DNA from: a virus
Virus record (IMG/VR): IMGVR_UViG_3300024999_000040
Coordinates: 84,717-148,716 of that record
Reading direction: 5' to 3' (one strand)
DNA: 64,000 nt
Of this stretch, positions 43,463 to 53,163 are shown one piece after another. The position numbers and the translations under genes were made by a program. The number at the start of each line of letters is the position of its first letter. Within the stretch, counting starts at the first letter, position 1. The notes beneath the pieces are model-generated. The model ran no database searches, was not told where the DNA came from, and worked only from the letters and a program-made list of their open reading frames with translations.

Positions 43463-45377
43463 GTACATTTTTATATTCCTTTAACCATTTTTGAACATAG
43501 AATAATTGACCACATCCACCACCAATATCATCCTGTCCTGCTGGATTAAATATTCTGCAATCATATCCTTTATCAATAAAATACTGTTGAAATCCTTGAA
43601 TAGTATCTAGATTTCTAAATCCTGCCTCTTTCATGGTTTCATCAGCACTACATACAACACTGAAAGTAAAGCAATAAACCAAAGGACTAAAATTCATATA
43701 TAGTTTTAAGAAATCATCATGTCTATTATTTGTACCATCTACACAATAATTTAAATAAGGTTTCCTTCCAGTTTCTTTCCACCATAATAGTCCTGCATCT
43801 CTTAACTTATATAAACTCATTTTATTTTTAAATGGTATTAATTCATTTCTTTCTGCATCACACGATTTATGTATTGAAAATTGAAGCCCAACTTTAGAAA
43901 TCTCTTTTGATAAATTTATAATTCTTCTGAATACGTCATCATCATCTACTCCAATAGTTGATAATAATAAATCAGCATAAGGATATAAAATATGTAGACT
44001 TCTAATTGCTCTTTCCACTTCTTTAAAATTAAGCATAGGTTCACCCATACTCATAAACATAATTTGAAATTTACTGCAATTTTCAACGTTAATATTCATG
44101 TCACTTTTTATATGAAGAATTTGACTCAGAATTTCTTCGTTGGATAAATTTCTAATAAATTTCTTACCTGTACCACAATTATGAACTAATATATTTTCTG
44201 CAATATATGTATTTTTAGTAGTTGTTAAATTATACACTGTTCCAACAAAATTTCTCTCTTCAATTTTTACAATTTCGTCAAAATCCACTAAAGATTTTAC
44301 CTTTATATTTTGTATAAAATCTTTTTTAGGATGAATTGGAGTACAGATTTGTAAAAATTTAATTCTTGGCATAGTACTATCTAATACATATGTATTTCCT
44401 TCTTTATTATATTTTTTTATTTTAAAAGTGTAACCCAATTCTTTAATATATTTACCAAATTCATTTAAATATATTAAATTATTATTACATACTCTAACTG
44501 ATTTATTATTTTTAAATGAATATCCTTCTGCATCCCAAAAACCCGCCAAATAACCTTTTTTATAATTATTATTATCTGCATATTTATGAATAATACTATT
44601 AAAAACTTTAATTCCATTATCTCCAAATTCAAATCTATAATTTAACATATGTTTTTCAATTTTTGATTTCTGTTCCCATATGTCACTACATTGTATATGA
44701 AATTCAGAACATAAATTTTTAACAAAATTAATAACTTCTTTATTTGATTGAGATATAGACCACCTAAAGCAATTTTTATTTTTTCTTTGACTATAAACAC
44801 CATCTCCGTGGACAAATCCTACTAACCATCCTGCTTTCCAAAACAAGTCATTTTTATTATCAACTTGAACATTATTACAAGTTAAAACATTATCGCCTAT
44901 GTGAATATTTTCTATATTAACAAACTTGTTTCTATATAATTTTTTATTATTTATAGCTATTGGATGACCTACAGTAGCTTCAATTGACTTTCCACTTTTT
45001 GTAGTTAATTTTATTAATTTCCCATTATATTCTCTTGATGATACATTTAGTATTTTTGAAGAAGTTGAATTTAATGAAGAATAATCTGAAAATCCATTAG
45101 ACGCATTAGTTAATATATTTCCAATTATATTATCGCCTATTTTAACATCTACAATTTTCTTATAGGAAAAATCATCCATCAATATTTTAGTTTCTTCTGG
45201 TAAACAAAATGTGCAGCCTACTGGACATCCAGATTGTACAGAACAACATATAACCGTACGTTTTTCAAATGAATCATATTTATACAATACTGTTTCAGCT
45301 ATCGCATTATTAAATTCAAATATGTATTTCCACACATTACCTTCACTACTATCTAATCTTTTTACATTCTTAAACAT
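43449..45377 (-). CDS. RlmN/Cfr-like radical SAM RNA methyltransferase, interrupted by an intein
   Basis: ICCSVQSGCPVGCTF|CGTG, FMSMGEP, FSIH, GGGCGQL; about 299 aa after splicing. Confidence 0.88.
   Translation of the reverse strand: MFKNVKRLDSSEGNVWKYIFEFNNAIAETVLYKYDSFEKRTVICCSVQSGCPVGCTFCLPEETKILMDDFSYKKIVDVKIGDNIIGNILTNASNGFSDYSSLNSTSSKILNVSSREYNGKLIKLTTKSGKSIEATVGHPIAINNKKLYRNKFVNIENIHIGDNVLTCNNVQVDNKNDLFWKAGWLVGFVHGDGVYSQRKNKNCFRWSISQSNKEVINFVKNLCSEFHIQCSDIWEQKSKIEKHMLNYRFEFGDNGIKVFNSIIHKYADNNNYKKGYLAGFWDAEGYSFKNNKSVRVCNNNLIYLNEFGKYIKELGYTFKIKKYNKEGNTYVLDSTMPRIKFLQICTPIHPKKDFIQNIKVKSLVDFDEIVKIEERNFVGTVYNLTTTKNTYIAENILVHNCGTGKKFIRNLSNEEILSQILHIKSDMNINVENCSKFQIMFMSMGEPMLNFKEVERAIRSLHILYPYADLLLSTIGVDDDDVFRRIINLSKEISKVGLQFSIHKSCDAERNELIPFKNKMSLYKLRDAGLLWWKETGRKPYLNYCVDGTNNRHDDFLKLYMNFSPLVYCFTFSVVCSADETMKEAGFRNLDTIQGFQQYFIDKGYDCRIFNPAGQDDIGGGCGQLFYVQKWLKEYKNVLDKS
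44178..45206 (-). mobile_element. Intein with LAGLIDADG homing endonuclease (343 aa)
   Basis: CLPEETKIL start, ATVGHP block B, LVGFVHGDG and YLAGFWDAEG, VYNL...ILVHN|C end. Confidence 0.93.
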
Positions 45378-45646
45378 TTCTTCTCCTTTCTATTACCTTA
45401 CAAAATATGGAATTCGTTGACTTATTCTTCATCATCATCTTCCTCATAAACACTTTCGGCAACATCCATAACTTCAATATATGTTTTGCCTTTCATCCAA
45501 TCCTTAATCTGATTTTCTATATCTTTATACGAATCTCCAGTAAATTTAATTGCATTATATGCACTTAATTTATTTACAGAACAATAAATAACCCAACATG
45601 TTTTCATATTATATTTCCTTTCTTATATGTCTATGAAACCAACATT

Positions 45647-46021
45647 TTATGCACTTTTTATTTCACTATTATTTGACTTTACACTAATTGAAAATATACT
45701 TAGCGATACTGTTAATATTACATAAGTCCAAAATCCATTAATATCAAATCCCTGCAAATATTTATCAAGTAAATATAACTTAATAGGAGTCAGAACTATT
45801 GCAACCAAGAATAAAACTGCTGTTGTTAAGCACCCTATTCCTAATGGAACTAAAAGCATTGATGCTGTCATTAGTAAACCAAATAGATACCCTATACCAA
45901 CCATAAGTAAAGTAGCAATAATTAGTGTTTTTGTATCTACTATGAATATATATTCATTGAAATATTCATTACCCATCCAAAATACTAAACCTGTTAAAAC
46001 TAAATTTAAAATGTTTCTCAT
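45647..46021 (-). CDS. 4-TM membrane protein (phage holin 4_2/YvlD-like)
   Basis: Four hydrophobic helices; LQGFDINGFWTYVIL. Confidence 0.55.
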   Translation of the reverse strand: MRNILNLVLTGLVFWMGNEYFNEYIFIVDTKTLIIATLLMVGIGYLFGLLMTASMLLVPLGIGCLTTAVLFLVAIVLTPIKLYLLDKYLQGFDINGFWTYVILTVSLSIFSISVKSNNSEIKSA

Positions 46022-46470
46022 ATTATTATATATCCTTTCTTATATTGCCTTACTATAATTACCTATTGTTTTCATTATCCATTCACCATTAGGATTCAAC
46101 ACTTCAGAATCTAAAATAGCTTGCATTTGAAATGGAAATGATCTTTTCCATAACTTTGATAACTCATATATACTATTAAAAAATATTGCTTGTTGAGAGC
46201 CATCCATTTCACAAAATTCATTTGCTAATTCTTCTGGTGTAATTTCAAATTGCTCAGTAAATTCTCTTGTAATCATATATTATATTTTCTCCTTTACTTT
46301 TAATTTCTCTTCCTCAATTTTAAAATTCTCATCACACAACACACAGTAAAACATATCTGTCTCCCAATTGTATCCGATATATGGACTTGGAAAATGTTCG
46401 CACATAATTTCTCACCGCCTAATAAAATACACGTTTTATTGTCTTTTGTTTTTAAAATTCTCTTTCTATT

Positions 46471-46499
46471 ATTATATATCTTTTGTTCTCAACTGTCAA
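46471..46499 (-). promoter_or_regulatory. sigmaA promoter
   Basis: TTGACA-17-TATAAT. Confidence 0.75.
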
Positions 46500-46530
46500 G
46501 AATTTTTGGATTATTCCTTATTATATTTAC

Positions 46531-47139
46531 TTATTTCAAAATTTGTACAAAAGCTTTTATAACACCTAAATCCATTGCTTGTTTAGTACAATCTTCTCCA
46601 AGAAATAGATCAATTCGGTTTCCCTTAATTAATCTTCCTGTATCTTTGGCCTGATACACCCCTGAAAATTGCTCATATTTTTCACCAAAAAATCTAATCT
46701 TAACCTTGCTATGTAAAGGTATAACTTTCGGATCAATGGCTATCACTCTTGCTGTTTCCCAATTTAACCCTTTTAAATTAAAGCCCGAAAATGTAATTCC
46801 GTATTCAGGATGTGTTTTCTTTTTTCCGCATGACTGAACCGAAAGGTCGTAAAATGTAACCTTGAATTCTTCCCATTCTTCACTTTCTCCCCTTGAAGCT
46901 AAAACAAATTCTCTCAATTCTTCTCGTTCTTTATAAAGTTTTTGGATTTCAATTTCCTTCTCTTTTATAATATTTTCTTTGTTACTATTTTCATTTAGTA
47001 TGAATTTAATTTGATTTTCTTTTTCAATCTTCATTTGTCTGTTTTTAATTTCATTTTTCTGATTCTCTGCTATTATATTTGCAAATATAACAGCTAATAT
47101 AGTTAAGAACAATATAATTACTCCATATTTAAATTTCAT
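46531..47139 (-). CDS. 3D-domain peptidoglycan hydrolase with N-terminal TM and coiled coil
   Basis: GITFSG...IAIDPKVIPLHS...AKDTGRLIKGNRIDLF. Confidence 0.88.
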   Translation of the reverse strand: MKFKYGVIILFLTILAVIFANIIAENQKNEIKNRQMKIEKENQIKFILNENSNKENIIKEKEIEIQKLYKEREELREFVLASRGESEEWEEFKVTFYDLSVQSCGKKKTHPEYGITFSGFNLKGLNWETARVIAIDPKVIPLHSKVKIRFFGEKYEQFSGVYQAKDTGRLIKGNRIDLFLGEDCTKQAMDLGVIKAFVQILK

Positions 47140-47199
47140 AAAACCTTGGCAGGAAACCCCTACGCCTTTAGGCTAGGGGAGGAATGCCTTACGCATACT

Positions 47200-48432
47200 C
47201 TAACCTACCTTTCTCCTCTCAGTTAATAAACTTTTTCTTCTCTCAATTAATTTGAAAGATTTACAATTAACACTACCTTTGTTTACTTTAGTACCATCTA
47301 AAGTTCTAATATCAAAGAAACCAGTGTTTCTTCTTCCAAAGATATAATATAGCTTCCCTTGGTATTGAATCTTATCAAATAATCTAAACCCTTTTACCTC
47401 AAATTGCGCTTGATTTAACTTCTTAATTCCACATTTTAATATATTCGCTTTATGGATCTGTCTGTTGTGGCATCTTACTTTCTTATAAAAGTAATAATAG
47501 TTTAATCTTTTAACTAATGGATTGCCACTTATACATAAAGCATCAATCCTATGTTCTTTTGGTAATTTATTCTCAATTCTTGTATTCTTAGTTATATAGC
47601 CATAAGTTAATGTTACATTAGGATATATTTCTTTTAACTTATTATAAAATGCCCAACGCATTATTCCCATAAAAGCCGCATCTTTGAATGATTTACCACG
47701 CTTTAAATTTAATTTCAATTTGCCATTATGATAATCTTCATGACATTCTTCACATAAGGTAATCAGATTACTTGGTGCATCTCCACCAGTTTTTCTTGAT
47801 TCAATGTGATGTACATTTAATATTTTATTCTTACATCCTTTTTTGCCTTGACATTTATGCCCATCTCTAAATAGTACATACTCACGTACATTCCAGAAAT
47901 CTAATTGATTGCCTTGTTGATATTCTTTTCCTTGTATTTCTGGATTATTTATTTTCTGTATATCAAAACTTGCTACTTCAACTATTATTTTAGATATAGG
48001 TAATATCTTATAAATCTTATCAACAATACTTAAATGTGTTTGTATTTTGTTTTCAATACTAGGTGCCAGCCATCCTTTGTTTTTACTACCAACACGATTT
48101 AAAAATCTAGGTTCCCTATATCTTAATCTATTTCTTCTAGTACGTCTATTTTGTCTGCGTGTAGAAAGCAAATCCACAATATCATTTCTTAATTCAACTT
48201 CTGATGAATATAGTTCTTGTTTTTCAGTAGTAGCAGATAAGCCTATTACTTTGCTTCCTGCGTCAATACCTAATGTAATATCTTGAACTTGATTCTCACA
48301 TTCAAAAATTAGTTGAATAGTGAATGGTTCTTTTTTAACAACTCTTGCCAGACTGTCTCTGAGCAATTTTCTTGCTTTTGCTTCTTTGCAAGGCATTATA
48401 GGTTTACCTTGAATGTTTAATACATATACCAT
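47200..48432 (-). CDS. iscB: IscB RNA-guided endonuclease
   Basis: PIMP (PLMP domain), LGIDAGSK RuvC-I, RRQNRRTRR bridge helix, IIVE, HHI...SNLITLCEECH HNH, HRIDA RuvC-III. Confidence 0.95.
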   Translation of the reverse strand: MVYVLNIQGKPIMPCKEAKARKLLRDSLARVVKKEPFTIQLIFECENQVQDITLGIDAGSKVIGLSATTEKQELYSSEVELRNDIVDLLSTRRQNRRTRRNRLRYREPRFLNRVGSKNKGWLAPSIENKIQTHLSIVDKIYKILPISKIIVEVASFDIQKINNPEIQGKEYQQGNQLDFWNVREYVLFRDGHKCQGKKGCKNKILNVHHIESRKTGGDAPSNLITLCEECHEDYHNGKLKLNLKRGKSFKDAAFMGIMRWAFYNKLKEIYPNVTLTYGYITKNTRIENKLPKEHRIDALCISGNPLVKRLNYYYFYKKVRCHNRQIHKANILKCGIKKLNQAQFEVKGFRLFDKIQYQGKLYYIFGRRNTGFFDIRTLDGTKVNKGSVNCKSFKLIERRKSLLTERRKVG

Positions 48433-48667
48433 TTTGTTTATAAAACCTCCGTATATTAGAGTTAATATCCTTAGACAATGTTGTAAAGGCTTGTTGTATA
48501 TAGCACACCGTTCCTACCTCTTAGAACTTTTAATACTATACGATAGAGCCAAGAACTAGGATAAATATTCTTGGGTATCATGACCTAAACAACATAGTTA
48601 ATTAAAACTTAGTCTAGTCAATCAGGCTTTTACAAGCCCCGACCCTTTAGGGTCGCGGGTTATTGAC
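48433..48667 (-). ncRNA. omegaRNA scaffold
   Basis: About 235-nt non-coding leader beginning GTCAATACCCGCGACCCTAAAGGGTCGGGGCTTGTAAAAGCCTGATTGACTAG. Confidence 0.8.
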
Positions 48668-49275
48668 CGTCTTTTTCCTTTGCATAATTATTTTTTAGCC
48701 AATCCTTGATATACCTTACTGTTTCTTCAAATTCAGTGAAGTACATTTTATGATCTATGGATGAATATATGTTTACTCCACTTCTTATAATATTAAAATG
48801 ATATATTTTAGTTACTGTTAACATACGTACATAAATCTTCAAATCATAATATTTAGCAACCCAAAGAGGATAAATTTTGTTTCGTTTTGCTCGTATAAAC
48901 TGCATTATTATACCTTTGTTTAATTATTTATTATAAATTATAATATAATTATGCAGTTTACACAATCGCAAAATTCGACAAAGTTATGTCAACTCTTTTA
49001 TTAAAAATGTCCTCTTAAAATCCTTCGATATTTTATGTAAATTGTCTTCCAAATTTTTGACAATGCCTTTTGCTTCTTCCCTTGATTTACAAAAAATCAA
49101 TGGAGCTATCACATCAGCATAACTAGTATAATTCCATTTACCATCATCTGAGTTGTACCACAAAGTATATTTGTCTACATACTGCCCTTCATTGTCTTGG
49201 ATTGTGAAAAATTGATTACATCTAATCATGATTTTTACCTCTTCTTTCTCTATTTTTTTTTGTAATATTTACATA

Positions 49276-49364
49276 TTGCATTTTTATTACATATATGTTA
49301 CACTTTCCTGTGTGAAAAGTATTACATCATTTCAATTGCTGTTCATAGCAGCAATTCTTTTTTT
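49276..49364 (+). ncRNA. Candidate ~55-nt antisense RNA (promoter plus intrinsic terminator)
   Basis: TTGCAT-17-TACACT with TGn (49276-49304); AATTGCTG/CAGCAATT hairpin followed by T7 (49334-49364). Confidence 0.5.
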
Positions 49365-49367
49365 ACC

Positions 49368-49396
49368 ATCATACGCGAACACTTGTTCTTTGTCAA
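49368..49396 (-). promoter_or_regulatory. sigmaA promoter containing a LexA (SOS) box
   Basis: TTGACA-17-TATGAT; CGAACACTTGTTCT at 49376-49389 (Firmicutes GAAC-N4-GTTC). Confidence 0.75.
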
Positions 49397-49502
49397 GGTA
49401 CAATTAAAAATTATTCTAAATACATTTTCCCATTAATTAAGGTATTTGTCCAATTTTTGTTTCGACAGGAATTTCCATTATTTCTAAATTACGCATTATG
49501 CG

Positions 49503-49554
49503 TATTATCTCTATATTATCTCTATATTATCTCTATATTATCTCTATATTATCA
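49503..49554. repeat. 11-bp tandem repeat, four full copies plus a partial
   Basis: (TATTATCTCTA)x4 then TATTATCA. Confidence 0.9.
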
Positions 49555-49595
49555 TATTACTATATTTCCTTAATTATGTAAATAGGTATTACTAC

Positions 49596-50549
49596 CTATT
49601 TATGGGATTTAAACACTAAATAATTTTCCTTTAGAAGCCCCCATGTCTCAGGATTCATACCTGAAATTTTCAAAACCTCATGATAGTCTAATCGTCCTAG
49701 TTCACCTTTTTCAGATTCAATCTTTTCTAGTTTTTCAAACATTCCTGAATAAAAAATATTTGTCGAATTAATGTAGTATTTTTCTGTCCATTTTTTTATT
49801 TTATCAAATTTTACATAGATTCCATGATCACTTATAGCATCCCCTACAGTATTATGCATTTTTATAGGTCTTATTACATATGGAGAATCCATTAATTTTC
49901 TTGTTGGGGCTTTAGCTTCAGATTCACCATTATTGTTATAATATATATCTTCTTCTATTGCTTCTTTAAGTATATCCATTGTCCGTTGATCTATATTTGC
50001 AATAATTCTTGGATTATTACTATAACGCACTTCAATGAAATTACTAATAAATTTAACATCTTGTTTTTCAAGATAACGCACTTCCTTCATTTCTTCACCG
50101 TTAAGTCCTTCATAAAATGAAACCAACAATGCTCTATCGACTGGATTAGCGAGTTTATCACACAATTCATATAATTCATCTCTATTCTTTATATGTTGAT
50201 TACTAGCTGCATCCTTGTTAATATATAATTGTAAATCCTTTCTAAATATATTCATAAAAGCTGTATTAGGACTACAATAACCTTTTTTTGTTACCCATTT
50301 AACATATTGTTTAGCATAATGAAAATTTCTTCCTAGAGCATTAACAGTGGGACAGTTCATATATCGTAACATATCTTTTACTTGGTCTTCATTAAAATCA
50401 TATAAATCTTTTTTAAAACTTTCTTCTACTTCTGCTATCTTATCAAAAGTATTTACTATTGTTTTTTGAGTGTCTACATCATAATAAAATTTGTCAATAA
50501 ACATTTTTTTGGTTTCTTTTGAAGTTTCTTTATTATATGAATTATACAT
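49596..50549 (-). CDS. MrpR/YopR-like repressor (degenerate tyrosine-recombinase fold)
   Basis: E...KKDLYDFN N-terminus; LLVSFYEGL in place of TGxR; no HxxR; NIFYSG; follows a YopQ-like gene as in SPbeta. Confidence 0.7.
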   Translation of the reverse strand: MYNSYNKETSKETKKMFIDKFYYDVDTQKTIVNTFDKIAEVEESFKKDLYDFNEDQVKDMLRYMNCPTVNALGRNFHYAKQYVKWVTKKGYCSPNTAFMNIFRKDLQLYINKDAASNQHIKNRDELYELCDKLANPVDRALLVSFYEGLNGEEMKEVRYLEKQDVKFISNFIEVRYSNNPRIIANIDQRTMDILKEAIEEDIYYNNNGESEAKAPTRKLMDSPYVIRPIKMHNTVGDAISDHGIYVKFDKIKKWTEKYYINSTNIFYSGMFEKLEKIESEKGELGRLDYHEVLKISGMNPETWGLLKENYLVFKSHK

Positions 50550-51885
50550 TTATAACACCTACCTTCTTAAAATGCTCACTGATTTTTTTAATTAAAGAAT
50601 TATTGATCTTATCACTAGATATACCAACAGATTTCCAATCATAATCATTAGAAAAATCAATAGAATTCAAAATATTTTCCAATAATTCTTTCCAGTTTTC
50701 TTCTTTAATTAATATTGAAACAAGTGCTACATAACCAATAAATATATTATTTTCAAAAATTACACTGTTTTCTTTTGTATATTTCTTTTTAAGAGTAATT
50801 AAAATTTTATTAAAGCATCTAATTAAAAAATCTTGTGCTTCTTCTATTTCCTCCGCATTTTCAAATTTTCCAAAATTATATCTAATAGCCTTTTTTAAAG
50901 TTTCAATAGTAGTGAATTTTCCTTGTACTTTTAAATCAGAATCATCTTCAGCAATTTTGTAATACATCTCATTTTTAGTTGAATTACCATATTCATTTAT
51001 TTCTTTAATCATTAATACATTTTCATCTCTGTTGTCATATCCTTCTCTATGACTTTTTTGCATAGGGGTAGCTTTTTCTTCTCTATTTAGATAAGATTGC
51101 GCTCTCAATTCACTAAAATTAAATATTTTAATATGAAAATATCCAGGATTACTTGGATTTTCACTTATACACCTTTCTGCCGCTAACCATCTATGCATTC
51201 CATCAATTATATCAAGATAAGTATTTTCATTGTCTATCCATATAGTTAAAGTTCTGTTTTTCTCATTGTATTCAAATTTTTGTTCACGATTAAGTTTTCG
51301 TATATTTAAAGATAACATATTGGCTTCAAAATTAGTTTCCATCATTTCAGCTATATCTATGATCTTATTTTGATTTATAGTCGGCATTTTTTGATATTCT
51401 CCACCAAACGAAACTAAAGTAGGTTCTCTTTGAGTTCTTTCATTATAATATAATAATCCTTGACCTCTTAATGCTTTCATTTCAGGATAAGCAAATCTTG
51501 GACATAAATATTCAAAATCAGAAGTTTTAGATACATCATAAAAAATAACTACATCGTTTTTATAATGCTCGTCTTCTTCCTTTTTATATTCATTGTATGC
51601 TGTAATTTCAAGAGGATTAAACCAATCATTAGGATTAATCCTTTCATAAGTGGTAGTTTCATATAAAGCCTTTACAAATAAATACAAAACTTCATCTGAA
51701 ACACTAGAAATTAAAACTTTATCTACACCATACATTCCTGTGATTGTTCCAAGATTTATATTATGTTTCTTTAGTGAGTCTAAAATATACTCTCTATTTT
51801 TCCACTTGTTCTCTTTTGATTCTTTAATCGCTTTATACAGCGTAATTTCAAGTTCTTGTCTGTCTTTTTTCATTTTTATAATCAT
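50542..51885 (-). CDS. DGQHR/DndB-like ParB-fold protein (SPbeta YopQ-like)
   Basis: YNERTQR...IIDGMHRW; 447 aa; overlaps the start of the MrpR-like gene. Confidence 0.65.
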   Translation of the reverse strand: MIIKMKKDRQELEITLYKAIKESKENKWKNREYILDSLKKHNINLGTITGMYGVDKVLISSVSDEVLYLFVKALYETTTYERINPNDWFNPLEITAYNEYKKEEDEHYKNDVVIFYDVSKTSDFEYLCPRFAYPEMKALRGQGLLYYNERTQREPTLVSFGGEYQKMPTINQNKIIDIAEMMETNFEANMLSLNIRKLNREQKFEYNEKNRTLTIWIDNENTYLDIIDGMHRWLAAERCISENPSNPGYFHIKIFNFSELRAQSYLNREEKATPMQKSHREGYDNRDENVLMIKEINEYGNSTKNEMYYKIAEDDSDLKVQGKFTTIETLKKAIRYNFGKFENAEEIEEAQDFLIRCFNKILITLKKKYTKENSVIFENNIFIGYVALVSILIKEENWKELLENILNSIDFSNDYDWKSVGISSDKINNSLIKKISEHFKKVGVINV

Positions 51886-51912
51886 TCCCTTCTGACATAG
51901 TTTTACGTATGT

Positions 51913-51941
51913 ATTATAACATGATTATTCTCAGAAGACAA
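51913..51941 (-). promoter_or_regulatory. sigmaA promoter for the yopQ-like/mrpR-like pair
   Basis: TTGTCT-17-TATAAT with TGn. Confidence 0.65.
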
Positions 51942-51984
51942 GATTTTTATAACAAAATTATTATTTCCCTTTAATTAATAATAA

Positions 51985-52656
51985 TTACACAGCATATTGT
52001 AATCTTAATACTTTTTGTGGAGAAGTTATAATTTTATCATTATTATATTCCTTTAGCATTTGTAAATAATTTTTACCATAATCATTGCAATAATCAATTA
52101 CATCTCTTAATAACAACTCTCGTGCAAACATCAATCCTTCATTTGATATTTTTTTAGCACAGGTATTAACGCTTACATAAGCAGCAATCATTTTTCTTAA
52201 TATTACAGGATTAAAACACAAATCAATCATACCTAATTCTTTCTTTAGTGCTGATTCAACTTGTTTCATTGTAGCATCACTTATCTGACCTACTTTAATC
52301 AATTCTCCACCAATGAGTAACCTTCTCTTAGATATACACCTTGTTTGTTCAATTATAGATACCGATTGCTTGTATAGTCCTGTATCAGTCTCAAGAAATA
52401 CATGAGTAGGAAGATATGAACCTTTATCAGTTTGTGTCGTAAGAGGACATCCAACAATAGTAGAACTTTTTTCATTTCCCTTGTTATTTTGGGTAATTAA
52501 AAAAGGCCTTATACCTCCCTGTTCTTGATCAAGAACAGTACCCAAATCAACCATGTAAATTTCTCCACGTTTAACTTTAAGGTTAATTAAATCTTGAACA
52601 TTATTAGTCCTTGTATTTATATTTGTAATATAGTTCCTTGTTAATACTTTTGTCAT
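51985..52656 (-). CDS. mazF: MazF/PemK endoribonuclease with C-terminal extension
   Basis: KRGEIYMVDL...EQGGIRP...QNNKGN...PLTT...HV...EQTRCISKRRL. Confidence 0.88.
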   Translation of the reverse strand: MTKVLTRNYITNINTRTNNVQDLINLKVKRGEIYMVDLGTVLDQEQGGIRPFLITQNNKGNEKSSTIVGCPLTTQTDKGSYLPTHVFLETDTGLYKQSVSIIEQTRCISKRRLLIGGELIKVGQISDATMKQVESALKKELGMIDLCFNPVILRKMIAAYVSVNTCAKKISNEGLMFARELLLRDVIDYCNDYGKNYLQMLKEYNNDKIITSPQKVLRLQYAV

Positions 52657-52695
52657 TTGAAAAAATTACGCTCCTTTATTTTTTGATATGTACAC

Positions 52696-52724
52696 ATTAT
52701 ACTACAAATATATTTATTTGTCAA
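52696..52724 (-). promoter_or_regulatory. Consensus sigmaA promoter directly upstream of mazF
   Basis: TTGACA-17-TATAAT. Confidence 0.8.
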
Positions 52725-52830
52725 CAGTATTAGTATATTTATTTTGTTAAAAATAATATACCAATAAAACTCATCTTTTATTGTCCTCCTTTTTCTTTTA
52801 TCTTCTGCAACCTTTCCTGATATTGCGCGG

Positions 52831-53127
52831 TTAATCAAATTCCTCTTCATCGTAGTATTCATCATCTTCTGCTGTGTTTGCTTGATATATGTCGCGATGT
52901 ACTGCGGTGACGTTTTCAACTGGAACTTTTAATTGCGAAGCTAATATTTTTGCGTTTGATTTTGAATGCTCTAAAAACCTTTCTGCTGTAAAAGCTTCGG
53001 CGTTAACTGCCATGTCGTATTTCATTTCCGCATACCCTTTGTGTCCAATCCCGCCATATATCTCTGCGTCTTTAATTTCATAAAAGAAATGAACTGTAAA
53101 ACATCTTAAATCTTCCATAATCCTCAC
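52831..53127 (-). CDS. Hypothetical protein with acidic tail
   Basis: Ends EDDEYYDEEEFD; visibly more GC-rich than its neighbours. Confidence 0.6.
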   Translation of the reverse strand: MRIMEDLRCFTVHFFYEIKDAEIYGGIGHKGYAEMKYDMAVNAEAFTAERFLEHSKSNAKILASQLKVPVENVTAVHRDIYQANTAEDDEYYDEEEFD

Positions 53128-53163
53128 ATTTCTGCGGTATTACACCCGCGCATTCTTTTTATA

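Larger units (their letters stand above)
47140..48667 (-). mobile_element. Non-autonomous IS200/IS605-family IscB element
   Basis: Subterminal hairpins with the same TTTA loop (47148-47188; 48640-48655); iscB plus omegaRNA; no tnpA. Confidence 0.85.

Noticed and set aside
43449-45377. Cfr antibiotic-resistance gene
   Set aside because: Only family-level motifs are visible; C8 versus C2 specificity cannot be assigned by eye
47140-48667. IStron (group I intron-IS hybrid)
   Set aside because: The non-coding parts (about 235 and 60 nt) are accounted for by the omegaRNA and end hairpins; I see no group I core
52653-52919. ORF just upstream of mazF as a possible MazE antitoxin
   Set aside because: It overlaps another ORF and runs through the mazF promoter, and has no RHH or AbrB signature
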